Positions 58,330-64,000 of a DNA stretch of 64,000 nt are shown one piece after another (the first letter of the stretch is position 1; each line of letters opens with the position of its first letter). Made by a program: the position numbers and the translations under genes. The DNA is from an uncultured Actinomycetota bacterium (lineage in GTDB: Bacteria > Actinomycetota > Actinomycetes > Propionibacteriales > Nocardioidaceae): NCBI GenBank assembly GCA_963707845.1, contig CAVPRL010000002.1, forward strand, positions 123,532 through 187,531. Direction: 5' to 3'. The notes below the pieces were generated by a model, which saw nothing but the letters and a program-made list of their open reading frames with translations, had not been told where the DNA came from and ran no database searches.

Positions 58330-59620
58330 TTACAGCGTGGTCCCCGACGCCGATGAGGTGGACTCCTGGGTGCGCCGGCTCGGATCCCGCGTCAGAGACC
58401 TCGACGATGTCGCTCGCATCGACCTGATCCGCGCGCTCGAGGAGCTCAAGTGCGCGGCGGAGGCCGCCCAAGCGGTGCTCAGCGCTGACTTCGACACCTC
58501 ACAGCGAGCCGAGCAGGCTCGCCATGGCGTTCCCGCGGAGCGGCAAGGTCGCGGGGTCGCCGCGCAGATCGCACTCGCTCGCCGCGAGTCACCGCATCGC
58601 GGACAGCAGCATCTCGGACTCGCGAAGATCCTGACCGCCGAGCTCCCCCACACGCTGGCGGCTTTCAGAGCAGGCCGCGTCACCGAGTGGCGGGCGACGC
58701 TGGTCGCCCGCGAGACCGCGTGCCTGAGCCTCGAGGACCGACTGACCGTCGACGCAGAGCTCGCCGGCAACCCGGAGCGGTTCGAGGCGATGGGCGACGG
58801 CGAGCTGGTGGCCGAGGCACGCACGATCGCCTACCGGCTCGACCCGGAGTCCGTGGTTGCTCGGCGGAGCAAGGCCGAGCGCGAACGCCGGGTGTCGCTG
58901 CGCCCCGCGCCCGACGTGATGAGCCAGCTCTCCGCGCTCCTCCCCCTGAAGGACGGCGTCGCAGTGCATGCCGTCCTCACCCGCGAGGCGGACCGGCTGC
59001 GGGCAGCGGGCGACGATCGCAGCCGCGGCCAGATCATGGCCGACACCTTGGTGCAGCGAGTGCTCTCGAAGGACCCGGCAACAGACACCAGGCCCGCCGT
59101 CATGATCAACGTCGTCGTCAGCGACCAGGTCCTGCTGGGCGACAGCGACGACCCGGCGTACGTCGAGGGCTACGGCCCGATCCCCGCCGACCTGGCGCGT
59201 GAGCTCTCCGCGAGCACGCGCGCCTGGGTGCGCCGGCTGTACGCCGTGCCCGAGACCGGCCGGCTGGTCGCGATGGACTCGACGGCGCGCCTCATGCCGG
59301 ACCAGCTCGCCCGGATGATCCGGCTCCGCGACCAACGTTGCCGCACCCGCTGGTGCGACGCTCCGATCCGACAGTCGGACCACGTGCGAGCGGTCGCCGA
59401 GGGCGGTGAGACCAGCGAACCCAACGGTCAGGGCCTGTGCGAGGCCTGCAACCGCGCCAAGCAGGCACCCGGTTGGCGAGCGAGACCCAGCCCCGATGAG
59501 GTCCGGCACACGGTCAAGACCACCACACCGACCGGGCACAGCTACACGTCGACTGCGCCGGCGCCGATCCGATCCCGATTCATCCAGAGTCGACCCGGCG
59601 TCTGGACGCTCGTCGCCTAG
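58322..59620 (+). CDS. DUF222/HNH endonuclease (13E12-repeat-like)
   Basis: ALARRESP, RSRGQIMAD, RDQRCRTRWC...DH...GG.T...NGQGLCEACN; start ATG 58322 or GTG 58337. Confidence 0.88.
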   Translation: MFDYSVVPDADEVDSWVRRLGSRVRDLDDVARIDLIRALEELKCAAEAAQAVLSADFDTSQRAEQARHGVPAERQGRGVAAQIALARRESPHRGQQHLGLAKILTAELPHTLAAFRAGRVTEWRATLVARETACLSLEDRLTVDAELAGNPERFEAMGDGELVAEARTIAYRLDPESVVARRSKAERERRVSLRPAPDVMSQLSALLPLKDGVAVHAVLTREADRLRAAGDDRSRGQIMADTLVQRVLSKDPATDTRPAVMINVVVSDQVLLGDSDDPAYVEGYGPIPADLARELSASTRAWVRRLYAVPETGRLVAMDSTARLMPDQLARMIRLRDQRCRTRWCDAPIRQSDHVRAVAEGGETSEPNGQGLCEACNRAKQAPGWRARPSPDEVRHTVKTTTPTGHSYTSTAPAPIRSRFIQSRPGVWTLVA

Positions 59621-59660
59621 CTCCGTTGCCCGAAGGTGGACGCGGTGAGACCCTCGGGAC

Positions 59661-60848
59661 GTGCGGGTGTTGGGTGCCACCACGGCGAACGACGGTCACT
59701 TCGGGCCGATCGTGCCGTTCCTGCGGGCCTGCGCCGTGGCCGGTCACGAGGTGCGAGTCGCCGCGCCCGCGTCGTACGGCGCCGCGGTGGCAGCGGCCGG
59801 GTTCGCGCACGAGCCGTTCGCCGACGCGCCGCCAGAGCTGGTGGGTCCGGTCATGGCCCGGCTGCCGACCGTGACGTTCGAGGAGGCCAACGACCTGGTG
59901 GTCCGCGAGGTGTTCGCGCGGATCGACGCCCAGGCGGGACTGCCCTCCCTCATCGAGACGGTCGAGCGTTGGCGTCCGGACGTGGTGGTTCGTGAGTCGG
60001 CTGAGCTCGCGTCGCTCGCTGCGGCCGAGCGCGCCGACGTACCCCACGTGCACGTCAGCATCGGCATGCACGACGTCGTCTCTCGGTTCGCCGAGGCGAT
60101 CGACGAACCGTTGGAGGAGCTGGGACAGATCGCCGGCCTGGACAGCGGCCAGCTGCAAGCGGCACTCGCCGCAGAGACGGTCCTCAGCCTGGTGCCCGAC
60201 GTGCTCGACCACCCGGCCGGCCAGGCACCTGAAGGGGGCGGCAACTTCCTGCGGTTCCATGAGCCGGCATCGAGCACCGACGGCCCTCCCCTGCCCGAGT
60301 GGGGCGACCGTGAGGCGCCGCTGGTCTACGTCACGTTCGGCTCGGTCACCGGCTCGCTGCCGCCCTTCGCCGGAGTGTTCCGTGAGGCACTGGACGCCCT
60401 CGCCGACGTCGAGGCGCGCGTGCTGATGACGGTCGGACGACGGGTCGACGTCGCGGGCCTCGGGTCGTTGCCACCGAACGCGTACGTCGCGCAGTGGTGG
60501 CCCCAGGATGCGGTGCTCGCCCGGGCTGCGGCGATGCTCGGACACGGCGGGTTCGGCACGACGATGGGAGCGCTGGCAGCGGGCGTGCCGCAGGTGGTCG
60601 CACCGATCTTCACCTTCGACCAGGTCTTGAACGGCGAGCACGTCGCGTCCGTCGGAGCCGGCCTCACGGTCGAGCCAGGGGCCGACGCGGTGGGACGTGC
60701 GGCTCCACAGATCCCCCGGCTGCTGGCGGATCCGGCGTACGCCACATCGGCGCGCCGCATCGCTGACGCCATGCGCGAGCTGCCGCCGCCCGCAGACGCC
60801 GTCCCTGTCCTGGCCGGCCTCGTCGGCGATGTCGGCGCCGTGACATAG
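59661..60848 (+). CDS. GT1-family glycosyltransferase (EryCIII/MGT-like)
   Basis: GHF, VYVTFGS, WPQ...HGGFGTT...GVPQ...DQ. Confidence 0.88.
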   Translation: MRVLGATTANDGHFGPIVPFLRACAVAGHEVRVAAPASYGAAVAAAGFAHEPFADAPPELVGPVMARLPTVTFEEANDLVVREVFARIDAQAGLPSLIETVERWRPDVVVRESAELASLAAAERADVPHVHVSIGMHDVVSRFAEAIDEPLEELGQIAGLDSGQLQAALAAETVLSLVPDVLDHPAGQAPEGGGNFLRFHEPASSTDGPPLPEWGDREAPLVYVTFGSVTGSLPPFAGVFREALDALADVEARVLMTVGRRVDVAGLGSLPPNAYVAQWWPQDAVLARAAAMLGHGGFGTTMGALAAGVPQVVAPIFTFDQVLNGEHVASVGAGLTVEPGADAVGRAAPQIPRLLADPAYATSARRIADAMRELPPPADAVPVLAGLVGDVGAVT

Positions 60849-60868
60849 GTTGATCCCGTGAGTGAACG

Positions 60869-61120
60869 ATGAGCAAGACCGACGAGCTGCGCGCGATGCG
60901 TGAGGCCAAGTACGCGCGGGCCGCGGCCGCAATGAGCGGCCAGACCCAGGCCCAGCCGAAGCCGGCGAAGACGGAGCCCAAGAAGACGGAGCCCAAGAAG
61001 AAGGCCACGCCCGAGCCGAAGGCGGCGACCGACGACGGCCTGTGCGGCCACCGGTCGATGAACGGGCGCAGCTGCACCCGCGAGGCCGGCCACGCGGCCA
61101 AGAGCCACCGCTACTCCTGA
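60869..61120 (+). CDS. Small basic protein with C-terminal Cys/His motif
   Basis: KTEPK repeats; LCGHRSMNGRSCTREAGHAAKSH. Confidence 0.7.
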   Translation: MSKTDELRAMREAKYARAAAAMSGQTQAQPKPAKTEPKKTEPKKKATPEPKAATDDGLCGHRSMNGRSCTREAGHAAKSHRYS

Positions 61121-61123
61121 GCC

Positions 61124-61558
61124 TTACGCCTGGGAGACGACCAACCGCAAGATCCGGTCGAGCTCGGCCCGGTCCGCGTCGCTGAGCACCGACAGCCGCT
61201 CCTCGGTCGCCGTACGACGGGCCTCGTCCAGCTTCGCCCTCAGCGCAGTCCCCGCCGACGTCGGTACGACGCTGGTCGCGCGCCGGTCGCCCGGGTCGGG
61301 CTGACGCGCCACGAGCGACCGCTCCTCGAGGGCGTCGACGACCTCGGTGGCCGACCGGGGCGCGATCCGCAGCCGCTCGGCGAGCACGGAGAGCCGGACC
61401 GGGCCGAGCTCGGCGACCGCTCGGAGAGCACGCGCCTGGCTGGGCGTGACGTCGTACTCCGCCATCACCTCACCGAAGGACCGGCGCATCGAGCGCGCCG
61501 CCATCATCAGGAGGTCGCTCGTCGACTCGTCGCCCGTCTCGCCGTGGTGGTGGTGCAC
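61124..61558 (-). CDS. MarR family transcriptional regulator
   Basis: TPSQARAL, LAERLRIAPRSATEVVDALE, DPGDRRA. Confidence 0.9.
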   Translation of the reverse strand: MHHHHGETGDESTSDLLMMAARSMRRSFGEVMAEYDVTPSQARALRAVAELGPVRLSVLAERLRIAPRSATEVVDALEERSLVARQPDPGDRRATSVVPTSAGTALRAKLDEARRTATEERLSVLSDADRAELDRILRLVVSQA

Positions 61559-61646
61559 GGGAACATCCTAGCGAATGCGCTTGTTCCCTCATCGTGAGGT
61601 GACCTCACCATATGACCTGACACCCACCCGTGAGAGAGGTGAGCGC

Positions 61647-63473
61647 ATGGAGGAGTCCATGAGCCGCGGCCGCGGAGGCCGCCCCCCAAGCCGTAACCCC
61701 GAGTCGCGAGCCGCCGACAAGGCCCAGCTCGCCGACGCCCCCGTCTCGCTGCGCCGCATCGGTCGGCTCTTCGCCGCACACCGAGCTCGCCTGGCCTTCG
61801 TGGTCGTCCTGATCGTGGCCAGCTCGCTGATCGCCCTGGCCCAGCCGTTCCTGATCAAGCGCGTCATCGACGTCGCGATCCCCCAGCAGGACGTCTCCCT
61901 GCTGCTCACCTGCGTCCTGCTCATGGTCGGCATCGCCGTCGCGACCTCCGCGATCGGCGTCGTCCAGACCTGGCAGTCGACGACCGTCGGGCAGCGCGTG
62001 ATGCACCGCCTGCGCTCCGACCTCTTCGGCCACCTGCAGCGCCAGTCGATCGGCTTCTTCACCCGCACCCGCGGCGGTGAGATCCAGTCCCGGGTCGTCA
62101 ATGACATCGGCAGCATGCAGTCGGTCGTCACCTCGACCGCCACCTCGATCGCGTCCAACCTGACCACGGTCGTCGGCACCCTGATCGCGATGCTGCTGCT
62201 CAGCTGGCAGCTCGCCCTGGTCACCCTCGTGGTACTCCCGCCGGCCGTCATCCTGACCCGCCAGGTCGCGCGGATGCGGTACGCCGTGACCGCCGCGCGG
62301 CAGCGCAAGCTCGCCGACCTGCACGTGCAGGTCGAGGAGGGCCTGTCGATCAGCGGCATCCAGCTCACCAAGACCCTCGGCGCCGCGCCCACGCTGGCCC
62401 GCCGCTTCGAGCAGACCTCGGCCGACCTCGTCGACCTCGAGGTGCGCTCCCAGCTCGCCGGCCGCTGGCGGATGGCCACCATGAACGTCGTCTTCGCCGC
62501 CGTGCCCGCCGCCCTCTACCTCGCCGCCGGTCTCCCCGCGACGTCCGGCGGCATGACGATCGGCACCCTGGTCGCCTTCGTCGCCCTCCAGGGCGCGCTC
62601 TTCCGCCCGCTGATGGGACTGCTCGGCGTCCAGGCCGACGTCACCGCGTCACTGGCGCTCTTCAGCCGGATCTTCGAGTACCAGGACCTCCCGGTCGAGA
62701 TCGACGACCCGGCCGACCCCGTCCGGCTCGGCAACGTGCGCGGCGAGGTCCGCTTCGACCACGTCGACTTCGGGTACGGCGACGCGACCGTGCTCCACGA
62801 CATCGAGCTCACGGTGCCGGCCGGCGGCTCCCTAGCCCTGGTGGGTGAGACCGGCAGCGGCAAGACGACGCTCGCCTCACTGGTCGCCCGGCTGCACGAC
62901 CCGACGACCGGTGCGGTGCGCATCGACGGGGTCGACGTGCGCGACCTGACGCTCGAGGACCTGGCCGCGACCGTCGGCGTGGTGACGCAGGAGACCTACC
63001 TGCTGCACGCCACGGTCAAGGACAACCTGTTGCACGCGAAGCCCGACGCCACCGACGCCGAGATCGAGGCGGCCTGCCGGGCCGCGCGCATCCACGACGT
63101 CGTCGAGGCGCTCCCCCACGGCTACGACACGATGGTCGGCTCGCGAGGCCACCGGTTCTCCGGCGGCGAGAAGCAACGGCTGGCGATCGCCCGCACGCTG
63201 CTGCGCAACCCGCGGATCCTGGTGCTCGACGAGGCGACCAGCGCCCTCGACAACGAGACCGAGCGCGAGGTGCAGGCCGCGCTCGACCAGCTGGCCGAGG
63301 GGCGTACGACGATCACCATCGCCCACCGGCTCTCGACCGTGCGCAACGCCGACCAGATCGCCGTACTCGCTCGTGGTCACGTCGTCGAGCTCGGCACCCA
63401 CGAGGAGCTGCTGCTCCGCGGTGGGCGCTACGCCGACCTGGTGCGCAGCGGGCTCTCGACCGTCGCCGCCTGA
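61647..63473 (+). CDS. ABC exporter, fused permease/ATP-binding
   Basis: TM domain; GETGSGKT, FSGGEKQR, LDEATSALD, IAHRLST. Confidence 0.93.
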   Translation: MEESMSRGRGGRPPSRNPESRAADKAQLADAPVSLRRIGRLFAAHRARLAFVVVLIVASSLIALAQPFLIKRVIDVAIPQQDVSLLLTCVLLMVGIAVATSAIGVVQTWQSTTVGQRVMHRLRSDLFGHLQRQSIGFFTRTRGGEIQSRVVNDIGSMQSVVTSTATSIASNLTTVVGTLIAMLLLSWQLALVTLVVLPPAVILTRQVARMRYAVTAARQRKLADLHVQVEEGLSISGIQLTKTLGAAPTLARRFEQTSADLVDLEVRSQLAGRWRMATMNVVFAAVPAALYLAAGLPATSGGMTIGTLVAFVALQGALFRPLMGLLGVQADVTASLALFSRIFEYQDLPVEIDDPADPVRLGNVRGEVRFDHVDFGYGDATVLHDIELTVPAGGSLALVGETGSGKTTLASLVARLHDPTTGAVRIDGVDVRDLTLEDLAATVGVVTQETYLLHATVKDNLLHAKPDATDAEIEAACRAARIHDVVEALPHGYDTMVGSRGHRFSGGEKQRLAIARTLLRNPRILVLDEATSALDNETEREVQAALDQLAEGRTTITIAHRLSTVRNADQIAVLARGHVVELGTHEELLLRGGRYADLVRSGLSTVAA

Positions 63474-64000
63474 GCCAGCGTCGGGTCCGCATTGAGGGCG
63501 GTCGCCCGGCAGACCTCGTCCCACGGCGTCGGCGCCAGGCCCAGCTCCCGCTCGATGGCACTGGAGTCGAGCACGTAGGGCCGCTGGAACTGGTACTCGG
63601 TCTCCCGCAGCTCGCGCAGCACCGGCACCAGCCGACCACCGATGCCGAGCACGGCCTTCGGGAAGCCCTTGACCCGCACCGGCTCGCGACCCGCGGCCCG
63701 ACAGACGTCGGCCACCGCCTGCTCCTGCGTGACCGGGGCGTTGGTCGGGGCATGCCAGACCCGGCCCCAGGTCTGCGGCGCAGCGGCCACGGCGACCAGC
63801 GCCCGACCCATGTCACGCACGTCGGTGAACGAGTGCGGCACGTCGGGCCGGCCCATCACCCGCACGGCCTTGCCCGCCAAGGCGGCAGGTGCGACTCGGG
63901 CGACGTGCCCGGCCTCGACCGTGACGCCGGGACCCATGTAGTCCGAGCCGCGCACCTCGACCGCGCGAATCCGGCCCGCTTCATGCCTGGCTAGCGCCTC
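63428..64000 (-). CDS. NAD-dependent epimerase/dehydratase family protein, 3' part
   Basis: RGSDYMGP, HSFTDVRD, WGRVWH, YQFQRPYVLDSS; frame continues past the window end. Confidence 0.78.
   Translation of the reverse strand, partial: EALARHEAGRIRAVEVRGSDYMGPGVTVEAGHVARVAPAALAGKAVRVMGRPDVPHSFTDVRDMGRALVAVAAAPQTWGRVWHAPTNAPVTQEQAVADVCRAAGREPVRVKGFPKAVLGIGGRLVPVLRELRETEYQFQRPYVLDSSAIERELGLAPTPWDEVCRATALNADPTLAQAATVESPLRTRSA

Noticed and set aside
59661-63473. Natural-product biosynthetic cluster (GT1 + MarR + ABC)
   Set aside because: No scaffold biosynthesis genes in the window; more consistent with scattered detoxification/efflux genes

Overview
This is high-GC actinobacterial chromosomal DNA; gene content and order fit a Nocardioides-like organism (inference). 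The core backbone is sepH, a Pat/DUF5998/phosphodiesterase operon, split convergent topoisomerase IV genes (parC, parE), principal sigma sigA/hrdB, two GCS2 ligases, dinB, pxpABC, ptrB, a group-2 sigma (sigB/hrdD-like) and coaE. Accessory inserts include a tandem LAL-regulator/hydrolase cluster, several secreted orphans, and an AT-richer island (~52.4-57.5 kb) with an orphan AIPR gene and a Schlafen/AlbA_2-coiled-coil gene. That island is the best candidate for an undescribed anti-phage module. Notable fine structure: a palindromic repeat translated in-frame inside an MFS gene, a gene flanked by a duplicated 74-bp hairpin-plus-promoter unit, a probable ATC start codon for parE, a stacked MprA/SigE/SigR-type promoter set before the group-2 sigma, LexA-box and RecA-NDp/PafBC-like promoters, and two single-base frameshifts. 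No rRNA, tRNA, CRISPR array or intact transposase was seen. All family calls come from motif recognition by eye, not database searches.
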